Notes: generated by a model from the sequence alone, not told the origin. Numbered from the stretch's first letter, positions 48,751 through 62,671 are shown. The stretch: DNA of 63,570 bases from Takakia lepidozioides (GCA_030704615.1 CM060734.1:15624431-15688000), one strand, 5' to 3'. Translations and numbers: made by a program.

Positions 48751-49879
48751 TGTCTCTTCTCATAGGCGGGAGACCCCGCTGTGATGGCATCGTCTCTTTC
48801 CCTCCTCTGGCTTTTATGTTTCACAGCAGCGCTTGTGTGGGGAAGTATATCTCTCTCTCTCCCTTCTTAAACCTAGCATTTGTATGCTTCGCTTCTCCTT
48901 AGCTGTGCTAGAGGTGGCTTGCTGGTGGCAATGGCGCACAATTACCTTCCCCAATCGCTCAAGGTGCTTTTGGTGATTAGGGTTCCTTTTACTTCATGTC
49001 TTTCTCTCTTGCTTTTGAGGTTCTTAGTTGACATCGATGACAAGTGTAGGGGTCTGTGATTCACCTGGGGTTCCACAATCCTCACTAACCCATTGGTTTT
49101 TGTGGGGGCTTGTGATGGGACCAGGTGAGGATCCCTACTTGCTTTGAATTCTCTTGAGCTTGCAGATAAGGATGTGAACAAAAGGAACATACTGTTGTTG
49201 CCTACAGCCCCGATTTCGGCCCGCTTGCTCCCGGTTTGACATGATGATGCTTGCTTTTGACTTATATTTTGCTGCCGTTGATGGAGCATTTCGGCCTGGC
49301 AGCCCTGTCTCAGGCAGCACAGCATGTGAATCTTACCCTGTCTTGAATCTTTGACAGCTTTGCCTGTGGATTTTTAGACTAGGTACTTTTTTGGCCTTAA
49401 AAGAGGATTGATGGTGTAAGGGTAAAGGCATCAGTGGCTGTTAGGCTCTAAGGAAGAGGAGGCCTGGTTTTTTTTTTAAAAGAAGACAGCTTGATAAGGC
49501 AATGACAGACCGTTTTCAAACCTGGATTTGATGTGGAATGGAGCATAGTGATGTTCTATTTGCAAAACATGGCATTAGCCTCATGGGAAACAATGATGGT
49601 AAGCTCTAAAGGACTCTGGCCAGTGATTAGCTACAGTATTTTGCCATATGAACAGCCACCTGCATTGTATGATTTATCTTGGCCGAGTGGGCTTGATCTT
49701 GGGCACTCAAATTGTATGTGTGTCCATATTTGGATGCTGTGACAGAGCAGGCCTTTCTTCCATGACAAAATGCCTTACATGATGCATATCTTGGGGCAAC
49801 TGTATATGATGTAGAATGAAGTCGCAGTCAGTCTTGTCATGCCCAAAGTGATCACTTGGTTGCATGTTTGGAGTCTGAT

Positions 49880-50228
49880 TTACTACACTGTCCGGGGTTC
49901 TCTCACCAAAGAGACGCTCTCTTCAAATCTATCAAGGGAATTGTGCCTGTACCTCTGTTTACCAACTTTGAAAGTCTCAAGGCTGAGCCAAAAGCCCAGG
50001 CCCTCCTGAGGCCTAGTTATTGGGCAAATCACACACAGCAGATTAATGCTTGTGTGAAGGGATTTCTAGCGGATATCTGGAAAACCCAGATTAATCTATA
50101 TATGAAGGTTAGTCTTACTACCAACGTCAGCCCCCGACAGAGGCAGGTTCTGTCCCTTTTGTTTCCGCTCAAACTGGGCGCGGGGTCAATGGCCACAAGG
50201 CTACGGCAAACAACGTCTTATGAGTACA
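49880..50228 (+). mobile_element. 3' end of a 5'-truncated LINE (C-terminal Zn-knuckle region plus 3' UTR)
   Basis: LLHCPGFSHQRDALF...FLADIWK resembles LINE ORF2 C-termini, and the tail is shared with the TSD-flanked insert at 44410. Confidence 0.55.
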
Positions 50229-51414
50229 ATCTTTTTAACTTTTTCTACACCCTCTCTCCCTTGTGGTTTGTTTATTTTTGTGAGCAGCAAAAAAAAGAGG
50301 GAAGATAAATGTCTTGTCGAGACATGGACAAGACCAAACAAGGTCTTTGTCAATTTTTACAACAAATCAGCCTCATAACGAGGCACTATCAATCACTCTT
50401 CATTCATAAACCAGTCTGATGACATATAACAGATCTCACGGTTCATGAAATCTCTGGGTGGGGGGGTGGGATTATATAAAAATCCGCTTCAGTATATGCT
50501 TCATTATCATGTTTGTCCAAACAGGGCCCCAATCATGTATCACATGTGTGGGTGTGCTTTCAGATGTAACAATAGCAACTGTTCATAGCAGGAAAAACTT
50601 GTTTATCCTGCTAACAATACTCCCCATGATTACATTATCACTCTGAAAAGGAAGTTCCAGTTTTTATGTAATCTTATGGCCATATCAAAGCATCAGATAG
50701 ATTGTGAACCATTTACACATAAGGGGTATGACCTCATACCTTGTTTTTTTGGTCTGGGGCCATTGTATAAATGTGGTAACAAGGTGTTGAGTAGCAAGCA
50801 GTTATACATATTGCTACTTTTACCATTGTGCAGAGCAGGAAAGCAAGTCTTAAGATTGCTAAAATTTATCACCCATGGTTATGTAGTGTGAAAAGAAGGG
50901 GCGTGAATCCCCTTCTATGCAATTCTAATTGTGCTCCTCCCCAGTTTTGAAGCGGAGCAAAAGAAAGGAACTCTCTTCCAGTGATCCAACCATCGTCACT
51001 CGGTTGTGGGTTTCCCTCAGGTCCTTCATGATCAGAGTTTACACAATCCTCATCCACGCCGCAGCGGAAGAGAAGACATGGATGGGGAGTCTGTATTGTT
51101 CTCACCCTTGGTTCTATTTTTACACGACATCCTTTCCCTGGGGTACAGCACCAGCCATGCTACCATGTTGTCTTCAGTGATGCAACCAGCCCTACGTTAG
51201 TGATGAACACTGCCCTTGTGGGCAGCTCCCTTGGACAATAACACGTGGAAGCCCCTTTTTGTAATAAGATCACGATTTAGAAGGAGGCAACTCAGATCTG
51301 CCATGAACTACATGCCCACCGGTTTGGCTCTTCATGGGTTCATGCTTTCTTTATCTTACCTCCCCAATCTTCATCCCTCATCAACCCCTCTTGCTGGTCA
51401 GCTCTCTCCCTTTG

Positions 51415-51420
<6 letters not shown>

Positions 51421-51458
<38 letters not shown>
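51421..51458. repeat. (CT)n microsatellite
   Basis: Direct reading. Confidence 0.98.
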
Positions 51459-51465
<7 letters not shown>

Positions 51466-53114
51466 CAGGGTCTGCAGATTCCTCACTTTTTCACAATAGC
51501 ATGTCTAAGATGCAATGCTAAGATGTCTAAGATTCAGCCAGGCATCCAGTGTACCCAGCATTGAAATCAACCTTGGTCACACAAGACATAATCAGCCCCT
51601 TTATCAGTTCCTCTCTTGCCAATGACAGATGCTTCACACTCCCCTTTTCCCAGGTGTAGCCATTTGCCCAAGACAGTTCTCAACCCGTCTACAGGTCTCA
51701 ATTTACCCACCCTGACAGCTCTCTTTTTCCCATCAACTGTGAACCTCAGTTGTTCACATGTTGAGAGCACTCTGAGAATCAGATCCAAACCCCAAACAGT
51801 GTTGGTTTTTCTGCCCCATCCACATCATCCCTTCTGCTCCTTCCAAACAGTTCTATCTAACCTTCACTGGTTTCCTCTACCTACTAAGCTAGTTCCACAT
51901 TGGCTGCAATGTGTCAACATCCAAGGCCACATTGTTTTTACAGGCTCATGACATTGAAACAAAGAACAAGAATACAACAAACAGCAACCATTCTGACCCA
52001 GCGATGAGTTAACCCTGTCCCCACTCATTTCTCCTACTGTGCAATGTAACAGCAGGTGCATCCATTTCCAGCCTATCCTGGTTTGAAGTCCAGTGTCCTC
52101 ATTCCATTTCCCAAAGCTCTTTTCTTCCTCACATATCTGTGTCTCTTTCTACATACAAGAGATAGTCCAAAACTTCACAAAGCGATTTCTAAGTCACCCA
52201 AAAAGGAAGCCAACACTCTTCGAACTTATCTGTCTTATACTCCAGTGAAGCGGTGGGTCTGCCTGTCAAGATGGCACCTCATCAACTCTGTCATCAACCA
52301 CATTCAACGCTTCTTCTTATCGTGATTCCAGTCCTCATTATGTCATGACGGCTCTGCTTCGTCTGCTAGCAACATCCTTGTGCCTGCCAACCTCTACCCT
52401 ATCCTTCTACATGTGCACTTCTTCCCTAAGAATTGATCTGGTCCTACAGCAATAAGACAGAAAGCAGCTACAAGTCTTAATTACAGATAACCTGAAGCGC
52501 CATACACACCAGCCTGCACTTCTCATGCCCCAACAGCTGTTGAGCCGCTCCATCTCCTCATAACTGTGCTCTTCAAGACAATGGCGGCAACGGTGGTGCA
52601 CCGCTCTCATCACATGCTCAGCCTTCAGAATTGATCATTACTACGAAGAAGGCGGCACCGCTTCCTCTTGCACAGAATGCCAAGCAAGAGCCTTTAACGT
52701 TGCTCTTTAAAGCAAGCTGATTCCCCTTGCGCAGGTGGAACTTTCTAAGACATACTGTGCTGCCAACACCACTGCAGCAGCTCCGAAAAGTTGCCCGCAC
52801 TCTTCCCTTTCGTATTTCACAGCCCGAGCTTCTAGGTTTAAACATCATCGATGAAAATCATTCATCCTAGGGATGAAAAAGGCGCATGTCATAACTTAGC
52901 CATATTTTGTCCTGGCAGAGCAATAGCATAGTGTTCCCATGGAATTACCTGTAGTCATGGATAATTCCTTCCCCTCATTAGCACCAGGGCACTCCCTTCG
53001 TAGTAATGCCGAATCCTGATGCCAAACAAAAATTTGAATGTTTACCCCCTGCATTCACACTACATATGTAGTGTGTCTCCCTTTTTTAAGTGTCAGGGTC
53101 CTCACTGACCATTT

Positions 53115-54355
53115 TCATGGCTGACCACCTATTGGTGGTATGAAGGGTTTCAAATCCCTCCTACTTCTTACCCATTCTTTGTCTGCCCCATCTCTCAACC
53201 TGCATCTTCGTGCAGCTTCCCCAGTTCTTGTGGTGCTTCCTGCATCCTTGTACCCCAAAAAGTCATAAGGTCCCTCCCATGGAGATGTCATGGAAGACCT
53301 CTTTCCAGGCCTCAACATCATTACCTTGTTGTTTTCCATCAACTTGCAGTAGGTATGCCCTGCTTGATGCCTCCTTTCATAATCCCTTGCCTGCTGACGC
53401 TGCCCTTTCTTCACACTTTTTCGCAGCTTTGCCTTCATCTCTATGAGGAGCTGGATTTTCTGCTGCATCATAAGTGTGACCTCTGCCACAGATCCATCAA
53501 AAATCACTGCTGCTGTAAGAAATTGCAACCTGTTGTCAATTCCCAGCCTTGGAATCCTACCAGTCAGCACTTGAAAAGGTGAGAATCCGGTCGAAGCATG
53601 AACACCCATTCTTTAACCAAACAAGGCTTTGTAGAGATTTTGATCCCACTCAGTGTCGTTTCCAACTCCTAAGATGGTGATGCTCTGTTTGAGAGACTTA
53701 ATCACCCTTTCCACCATACCATTACACTGAGGCCAGTAAGGGGCGCTATGCTCCATTTTTATACCATATTCGCGGCATGCATCTTCAAACTCGCCTCCCC
53801 ACTCCGTGCCGTTGTCAGTGAGCAATGTGTGAAAGCGGGCTGCAAGTGCTGTTGTGTGATCTGCCACTGGTGCCGCTTCTATCCATTTTGAAAAGTGATC
53901 TATTGCCACCATAAAGTACTGATTTTCCCTGCTGGTTATAGGTAATGGTCCTGCCGTGTCAATTGCAACTCTGAAAAACATATCCACTACTGGAATACTG
54001 TGCAGTTTTGAGCTACTTGAGCGCAACACTCCGTTCTGTTTAGCCATCTGACATTCGCCACAGCCTTTGAGTACTTGCCTGATGAGTTTTGTTCTGTCAT
54101 GCCAGAAATACCGTCGGCATATCTCCTCTTGTGTTCTTCGGACTCCAAAATGGCCCGTGGCCTTATGCACTTCAATGATTATTGCCTCTCTGTCCGTTCT
54201 TGGTGGAACTACCCTTCCCTCAAAGTAGACCTCACCCTTGAGATAGGAGTACTGCCTTGCCCGCCTGTTGGCTCTTTTGCTCTCCTCCTTTGTCAGATAG
54301 TCATTGACTTCTCCAAAACATAAGAGATGCATAACTTCCACATCATCAAGTACAT
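53115..54355 (-). pseudogene. Retroviral-type (gypsy or Ginger-like) integrase with HHCC, DDE and GPY motifs, from a different family than its neighbour
   Basis: HKATGHFG...CGEC; VAIDTAGP; TDNGTEW; QCNGMVER; WEGPY. Confidence 0.88.
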
Positions 54356-56625
54356 TCGCATTGGTGAGCCCAAAAGGCATCACCAAGAACTCATATGAAC
54401 CATACCTTGTCCTGCACGCGGTCTTCTCCTCATCTCCTTCCGCCACCCGAAATTTGATGATAGCCGGAGCGCAAGTCGATCCGGCTGAAATACTTCGCTC
54501 CTGCCAACCGATCGAAGAGGTCGTCGATCCTTGGCAAAGGGTACCGGTTTTTGATAGTCACCTTATTTAGAGCCCTGTAATCGACACACATCCGCAGCGT
54601 CCCATCCTTCTTGTCTGCGAATAGCACCGGGGCTCCGTAAGGTGACTTACTCGGCCGGATGTACCCCTTTGACATTAGATCCTTGAGCTGAGCCTTCAAC
54701 TCGACCAACTCTCTGTGGCTCAACTGGTAGGGCGCCTTGGCAGGCGGTTCCGATCCCGGTATCACCTCAATCTTGTGGTCAACTCCTCTTCGCGGTGGCA
54801 AGCCGCTTGGTAAATCCTCCGGCATCACATCCTGGTATTTCTCCAAAATCCCTTGATCCAATCTGGGCTCGGCTCCCCATCGCCTTCTCCCTTCACTTCT
54901 CTAATGTAAAGCAAAAACTGGGGTTCGTGTGCCTCCTCCACGGCCCACTCCCTTGCTGACAGAAGGTTTATTCGCCCTCCCACGGATTTGGGCGTTTCCG
55001 ACACTCGTAAGACCTCGCCACCATTCCCACATGGCAGCGTGACTACTCTCTTGCGGCCATCTATGACCGCTCCGGATTTACTCAGAAAGGTCATCCCCAA
55101 AATGAGATCTACTCCATCGATCTCGCAGATGGTGAAGTTCTCACGTTCCTCCCAACTCCCCAGTTGAAGAGGAACATTAAACGCCAACCTTGTCGCCAAC
55201 TATGGTTCTCCTTTGGCAGAACGCACCTCAATAGAGGCCCCCACGTCACTTGTCGGGAGTCCCAGCTTTTGTGCCGCCGCCGGTGTCATGAAGGAGTGCG
55301 ACGCTCCTGTGTCCACCAACAACGACACATTAGTTCCGGATATTATCCCATCCACGAACAATAACTGACTCCCTTTACGCAGGGCGCCAGTTTCCTGATA
55401 CAACTCACAAGAATAGTTGCCTACCTTGTAAGTCCTGGCGACCACCGCTTCCACCAAGCGACTGATGGAATCTTCCGACAGCTCCGTGGTCGCCCGAGTC
55501 ATGTTCAATTGCCGGGGCTTCGTGCACTTCTTGGCCATGTGCCCGGGTTCCCCGCAATTGAAACACACTCCATCAAAGGTCACCTTCTATCTGCCATAAG
55601 CCGCTCCACCCGCTTTTCCTTTCGAAGCACCGGGTGCCGCCTTGACGTGTGAAGGCCCTCCCTTCGATTTCCACGTGCCATTATCGCCGCGTGGCCTATC
55701 CCACTTCTTTTCCGGTCGGAAGGAGTCACCTTCCCGCCGGGTCTTCTTGTGGTTCAGCTCCGTATGGCCTTGTCTCTCACCCCTAGGACATCCGAGAAAC
55801 ATTCAGCCCTCTCAATTGCCTCGTTCAAAGTCTTGGGTGGCTTCTCCTCCAACTTCCGCCTGGCCCATGGGGCCAGTCCCGCCACAAAGTTGAAGACCAT
55901 TTCTGGTTCTGCCATGTCCGCGATTTCGAGCAACAGCACATTGAAAGCCTGGACATACCCCCGAATGTCATCTGTTTGCTTCAAATTCCTCATTTTGTCC
56001 CGGGCAAGCCAGGACGCGTTGAGGGGCACAAACTGTCTCTTCATCAATTCCTTGAACCCACTCCAGTTCAAGGTTTCCGGGCTTGGGCCTCGGTCGTGAA
56101 GGCGTTTCTACCACCATTGTTGAGCATAGCCCCTCAAATAGGTGGGAGCCACTTCCACCCGATCCTCGTCACTCAACTTGGCCGCCCGGAAGTACTGCTC
56201 TAGCTCCAGGAGCCAGGTGTTGAGTGCCTTCCGATTTCGAACGCCCTCGAAGGTGCCGGGTTCCTTAGGCTTCACCTTAAACTTTGCCTTAGTGGAAGTG
56301 GCATTAGCCGCCTTCAACACGTCTTTCAACGTCCCGCCAAACTGCGCCAACAACCCTTCCCAAAAGGCTGCCGGCATGGGAGGCATCTCTTGGTTTGTCG
56401 GAGCTCTCAAGGATTCCTCGGGCTCCGACTCCTCGGATTCCTCCCGCTCTTGAGCGGCCTCGTTTTCGGAAACATTCATCGCTTCCTCAAACGGCCGCCT
56501 CGGTGACACGTCGCCCCCATCGGGCTCACCAGGATCATCATCTTTTGGGCCGTTCCGCTTTCGCTTTGGCTTGCCCGACCCCATGATGAGGCCAATCCCA
56601 AGGACGATCACGTACTGAACTCTAA

Positions 56626-56637
56626 GCTCTGATACCA
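56626..56637 (-). promoter_or_regulatory. Primer-binding site (tRNA-iMet)
   Basis: TGGTATCAGAGC 2 nt inside the LTR end. Confidence 0.92.
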
Positions 56638-56639
56638 AG

Positions 56640-57377
56640 TGTCGCGCACCTCACTTCGGTAAGCTCCCCTTCAAGTCATAGTTACTCGCTTTGATGCGCG
56701 CGCCTGACTCCCAACCTGGCCGCCCGGGCCAACTTGGAGCTTCGGCTGCTCACCGGGACATAACGGTCCCCCTTCGCTTCCCTCTAAACTCTCCACCTAT
56801 TTGGGACTAGGAGAATTCCCTTTGGTAGATGGCAGTCCGAAACAGCTCCCCACTCTTTGGTCGCTTTCCGGCTCGTTCGCTTACTCACTAGTTTTTGGTC
56901 ACCAACGGGCTTGCATCGTTCTCGGGGTTACTACTCCCTATATATACTTCTGTAGCTGTCCGCGGGGGTTTCATAACCAGCCATGCCATTTTATGGCGAA
57001 CCACCACGAAAACCCTCGACTCCCGGTGATGAGTCGCGGTGAGTCTTGGCCCACTCATCACGGCCCCTATGGACCGTGATGAGTCCCAAGGCTCCCCACG
57101 ACTCCCACCACGAGGTCTCCGCCCCCATGGTGAGTCCTATGCCACCCCCACTAAGTCCCGCTAAGCTACCACCACCCCTTGTGGAGCCACCCCCACCGCA
57201 ACCCGGTGTGCGGGGCTCCACCTAGTGAGCGCCTCCGCCTCCGCCTCCGCTTCCTTGAGTGCCTTGGGCACTCAAGGGTGCTTCAGCCCCCCATACCTAT
57301 TGCTGCCGATGCCCCCACTACAGGGGCAGCCCCTCATGTGTCCCGACCCCCTGCCCTCAAGGCAAAGGGCCGCGACA
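56640..57377 (-). repeat. 5' LTR of gypsy copy C (738 bp)
   Basis: TGTCGCG...CGCGACA termini; homologous to 11092-11815. Confidence 0.93.
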
Positions 57378-60300
57378 CGGATGTTGGGAGAGGTTCGAGT
57401 CTGATAGGGTGTGTGAAAGTTCTAGTATTGAGGCGGAGGCGGTTGGTTGGAAATGGGAGTTGAAGGCGGCTATATTATGTTGTGGTAGAGGCGATAGGGG
57501 GGGGGGCGTGCATATCCGGGACGGGTTGGAAGGGGACGAGTGATGAGGGGAGGGGGAGGGAGATGGGGTAGTGGTCGGAGTTACAGAGACTATCAATGTG
57601 CACGTGACTCATAAGATATAATGGGATGGCATTGCTAGATCGGAGGTATAATCCGTCTATAAGGCTTAGTGAGGAATAGTTGAGTCCACCCTGCCTGGAG
57701 TAGTAGTGGTCCGAAGGGATGTACTTGAGGAGGTGTTGAGTCGTGAATCGAGCCCAGTCACGGTCAGCCTGGTAGGGGGGCTTATGTGTGCCATTGAAAG
57801 TGTGTCCAAGAAGTGCTATGTCTCTGTTAAAGTCCCCTGCTAATATGATATGATGATGCTGGTGGACTGGATTAGTAAGAGTATTGGATATGGCGTTTAG
57901 GATTTCAGGGATGAATGGTAGATCCTCTACATGGGATGGCATATAGAGGTGGATGAGGAGAATAGGGCTTAGGGCCGGCGGGTGTAAGTGGATTATCTGG
58001 AGGTGGGATCAAAGATGACTGGATATAGTGATTTTAATGGTGGTGTTAGGTGAGTGGTGCGAACGCAGAATGCCAAATGCAACACCACCCCTGGTGGGTT
58101 TGTAGGGTACAGAGCGTCTGAGGAGGCATTGTGGGGCAGTGGGTGGGATACTGTATAACAGGTAGTAGTTCGGAAGGAGTTTATTGATGTAGGAGCTATT
58201 GGTGTTACTGGTGTGGAGTTTAGTTTCTTGTAGTAGTATGATGTGGGGGGTGGAGTCAGTGAGGAGATGGATAAGACTTTGTATGCTGGTGGCAAGAGAG
58301 CCGACATTCCAGGAGGTGATAGTGAAGGAGTGAGTTTTGTGCATAGGGTCAGGTGTGGTTGGATGGGTGAGTGTAGTAGGGGGTGGGGGTGGTGTAGTTG
58401 CGGGTGGCGGGGAGAACCCTGGAAGAGGGGTAACGGCCTGAAGTGTGGCATCGAGGATATCTTTGGAGAGGAAGGAAAATTTGTGGGTGATTTCATTGGG
58501 ATCTGGGTTGGGAGTGGTAAAGGTATCAAGATAGTCGCCTAGGGTTTTATGTACAGTACCAGGTTGGGACTGCAGCAAATTGAGGGATGAGTGGAGTGTA
58601 GAGAGGTGGTGTGGTGGGGCCAGATAATCTTGGGGATCCGGGGGTAGGATTTTTAATTGTTGAAGGAAGGGGCTGAGTTGGGAGGCAGAGTGGGAGAGAA
58701 AAAATCCGTTACAAGTGTCTAGCAATGGAGAAATGAGGGTGATAAGGGCGAGGAGAAGGTGGGTCTTTTGGAAGGCGTGGAGTTTTAGTAGGGCTTTAGA
58801 GAGTGTCGGGTAGGGGCTAAGGGGGAGTCCGAATGTTGTAATATGGTTTGTATTTGGGTGATGAATAGATGGGTCTTACGGGAATAGGGGGGTGAAGTGG
58901 TCAAGAATATGCCGGTAGTTGTGCATGAGTGACATGGTGTTTGGCTGAAAGTATAGTGCATATCTCTCTTGGGCATCTATGGGGAGATCCTTAATAATTT
59001 CATAGATGGTGGGTGGCCTGGGTGTGGGTGTATGTCACCACATCTTAATAATAGTAAGCTCAAGCAAGTGTGTATGTATAAATTGTCCGGGTGGGGAGGG
59101 TGATGGTAGTAGTGTTTTGACTTCCCTAAAAGAAGTGTATATCGGTCCCTTGGGCTATGGGTGAGGGGGTGGGATTGGCATGTGTGATAGAGTTTGTGAC
59201 TGGTTGGCAGGGGGTGAGGGGTGGCAAGCAGATAAGCTGAAGGAGTTGGTGAATGGGGAATGGGGGATAGTGGGTATAGATGGGATGAGTGGAGGAAGTA
59301 TGTTGGGGGGCCCAAGTTAGTGCAGCGGGGAGGTCCAAGACCTGGGTCGGGTAGGGGTGAGACTCGGACTTAGGGTTTGGTTTTAGGGGGATAGACTGGA
59401 AGGTTGGATGAATGTGGGTAGGCATGGATGCAGGATGTGAAGGGTGAGCTTGGGATTCGGAGTGCGATTTGAGATAATGAGTGCATGTAGCTGGGAAAGG
59501 AAAGAGAATAATGAAAATCCAAAAAAATTATGACGGGTGCCATGTGTGAGGGTGCCAGGGGGTAGGGGAGTGTGTGGATGAGCAGATGTGATTCAAAATG
59601 TTGCTGGCAGATTGGATGAGAGTCATCCCTTATTAGTCGAGGAGCAGTATTATGCATAAGATTCGATATTGACATTGTGTTATTATTTATTGGAAGCGCT
59701 GAGCAAGTGGCGGTTGACGTGGGGCGTGGGAGTTTATACCGGAGGGGACCGTTGGGTGTGGGAGGAAAAGAGGGTGAGTATTGCGGGTACCCTTTATGAG
59801 AGATGGGTAAGTTTTTGAATTTTTTGAGGAGAGATTTTGTTAGACTTTGAGTGGTACAGGTGTCGGGTGCCAAGCACCAGGGTTAGTAGGTAGTGCCAGT
59901 ACAGCAGTGCCCCGTCCTGCGATTTGGTGATGGGGAGGTGTAGGGGAGAGGAGCAGCCGGGTGGTGAGGTTGTATGGAGTGATCAGTGTGTAGCTTGTGA
60001 GTGGAGTGCAGACATGGAGAGAGACTCAAAGAGACATAGATAGTAGCTTTGTATTCAAATAGGAAGGAGGTGAGTACAAAGGAAACGCAGTATATAGAGA
60101 GAAAAATCATATAGCGGATTGTAGAGTGCGGTGAAAAGTAAGAGCGTTTGTGCCGTGTGGAAGTCGCCTGATCATGGGACAAGAGATTCTTTGTTGGTGT
60201 TTACGCATTGGCAACGTTGGTAATCACTGGGGCGGTACCCACGCCTTGGGCGTTGGTAATGAGGAGATCGTGAGAGGGAGCTGGCAGCCCCTGCGGAGTG

Positions 60301-62030
60301 TGTATAGGTGCAGGCATGGTTGGCAGAGCGCCGACGGTCTCTGGTTTCTGAGGGAACACGTGCTGGAGTTCGATGATGGCCGTCGGCTTGTACCCGCCAG
60401 TGTGCGTTATCGATATGTTTGTGTCGTCCTGTCCTGTGGAGGGAGTGACCAAGCTCGGGGGGAGCGGCAGCTTGCAGGCGAGAACCAAGTTAGCGTGGTT
60501 ATAAAAATTGGCCAGATTGGCCCCAAGGTTCAAGGTTCTTGGTAATCGAATCTTGTAGGGATTATGTGTAGGTGTGATAATCGACAAGCACGTCAAATTC
60601 GAGCCACGTGCTAACAGTCTAAACGGCTCTTCTCCACCAGCCAATGGGATTTTGAAGTGCCTTCGTGTGGCCAACATAAACCAGGCGCTGGCGGACATGT
60701 AGGGCCGCTTACAGGGCAGAATCGGCCCTACCCGGCCCTTTCTCTAGTACGGAAAATCTCCAGCACTCCAACCTCACCTCAGCTGTGGATGGGTTATGCT
60801 GTTCTCGAAATGCATGCGCTCGACTACCCCCTTCGTGGAAGAGACGCGTTCAACAGCGGAACTTCAACAACACGGCCTTCAGGCATCCGAAATCCACAAT
60901 CTCAGGTACTGTGCCAAGGCCTTTCCGCACGTTCCTCAGATGTATTTTCCTGCCACACGACCTGATGGGAAAGACGGGTAGCTTTACCCCCTCACTCAGC
61001 TACCCAAGGGCACTAAGGTGGACCCCAACTCGGGCCTGTCGGCGACGCCCCATCCCATTATGATTCGATTCGACCTCGACACGGCAATGCCCAAGGAACA
61101 AGCCATCTATCGTGCAAAAAAGAGGTTTGCGGACATGCAAATCCCTCTTGGGTACTGTTCTATATACTCGCCCATTATCGCATTCACTTCACACGGAAGC
61201 AACATGTGGACAGGCTTGTTAAAAGTAGAGCTGCTGTATCCTGCCAGGGATGGGATCGCTCTCCTGAAAGGCAATAGGGTTTTCGTTATGGAGATGGCCA
61301 CTGGAATGCCTGTGCAAGGGAAAGTGGAGAAAGCGTTCGAATTACTCGCCTCCACCGATTACCTTTCTCTCTACTTGAACAGCGAAATCCTGCATGGTAC
61401 CATTGGATACAAGCTCACGATGCACTTCATAATGGAAACATACTCACGTGGGGACGAAGTGGAGATTACGCGCGTTCACAAATCGGGACCCGACACTAAA
61501 TTCTGCTTCCTACACTTAGCTTCAGATGACTCCAAGAAGCGACTGTTGGCACAAGGGGTTCGAATCGACCGCATGCTGGTCAAGCCACAGCTCCGCACGA
61601 AACGCGCCAGTATGACTGGCCTGACTGCAACACCCGAGGAAATAGTGGCCGAACGCGATGCGCTCACGCTGGTGGTAAAAAACCTCAACCAGATGCACTC
61701 TCAAGCTACCACCGAAGCGGCTCTTCGAGGAATCTTTGGAAAAGATAACCTGGCACAGGTCTATTTCGGTAAAATCGAACCCACGGAGAAGAACAAGCAC
61801 TCTGGATTGGCTCTGCTTACCTGCAAAAACCCCGTATATTCACAGTAATGTAATAAGCCGCATGTTCTGGGTAGCCATGGTGGTGGCGACCCTACTCTCC
61901 ATAGCTGCTAGATCGCCTCGTATATCCGTTTTGATTGAAATGGCATGCTCTGCAAGCTTCCTGTCTATCTCCCTCATCATGGAGTTGTGGTCTTGGTTGA
62001 GTCCAGAGTCTGCCTGAATGCTGAGGGAGT
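57378..62030 (-). mobile_element. APE-type LINE (copy 2), interrupted by gypsy copy C; ORF1 region rearranged
   Basis: FTITSWNVGSL...ILLQETKL; ILAGDFNRD; SLIDGLY; SDHYPI. ORF1 C-terminus ...NA* at 60201. Confidence 0.85.
60740..61848 (+). pseudogene. LINE ORF1 (RRM-like) segment in inverted orientation relative to its ORF2
   Basis: 276-aa ORF with the RRM-like LTLVVKNLN...TTEAALRGIFG...HSGLALLTC, embedded between minus-strand ORF1 pieces. Confidence 0.6.
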
Positions 62031-62200
62031 TTACCGCGGCCCTTTCACTGGCGTTAAAAGTTGGTAGGGCGTATTCGTACGTATTCTCCTGGATTCTACT
62101 ATTTCCATCTTGCTCACTTCTACGGTGGTTTTGTTGTTGTTGCGTGTAGTTGCTACGTGTAAGTAGTTGTTGCGTTGATGTTCTGTATTTCTGCTTCGTG

Positions 62201-62671
62201 ATGGAGAGCTCGTGGCGTGGAGTTCTAGGAAATATTTCCAATGTGCCTCAGACGACATCAGGTGGTAATCTGAAGAAAGCGCGTCTATCTGCTGCAGATT
62301 CGCAAGTGCCGAATTCATGTTTTTCAGATCCTGTTCCACAAAAAAATGACGACGAAGAAGATGAGCTCGATTTGGCTTTTTCTACGTACCAGTCTGATAC
62401 AGGAGTTGCTTCTTACGACGATCCAACTTTTGAAGATATGTTCAGTGTTGTCGATAGTGGATTTGTTGATGCAAATGGTAATTCAGTTCCTATAAGTCAA
62501 GACATTCTTGGTTTCGATGATCTTGATGCTGAACCGGATTGGTTAACTCACGCTTTCAGCGCCGCTGCTGAAAATATTTTCATGCAAGAACCGATTAATG
62601 ATGGCGTTCAGAGTGCCGATTCTGCTAGTGCTTCGGAGCGACGCCTCACAAATCAAGCCTCTGCATTGAAG
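62201..62671 (+). other. Acidic low-complexity ORF/exon of unknown origin
   Basis: Open ~155 codons (DDEEDELD...), followed by a gtgag donor-like site. No recognised domain. Confidence 0.3.

Larger units (their letters stand above)
54356..57377 (-). mobile_element. Ty3/gypsy chromovirus (copy C, same family as copy A): 5' LTR, PBS, gag, protease, RT N-terminal half
   Basis: LTR, PBS TGGTATCAGAGC, gag with CFNCGEPGHMAKKC and protease LVDTGASHSF. RT is nearly identical to 7400-7855. Confidence 0.95.

Noticed and set aside
50900-52850. Host gene in short minus-strand ORFs
   Set aside because: Multiple stops and no recognisable domain. It may be decayed accessory TE sequence but cannot be called.
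11092-57377. The two LTRs as ends of one 46-kb element
   Set aside because: They are in opposite orientation, each has its own internal region with overlapping PR/RT, and the flanks do not form a TSD.
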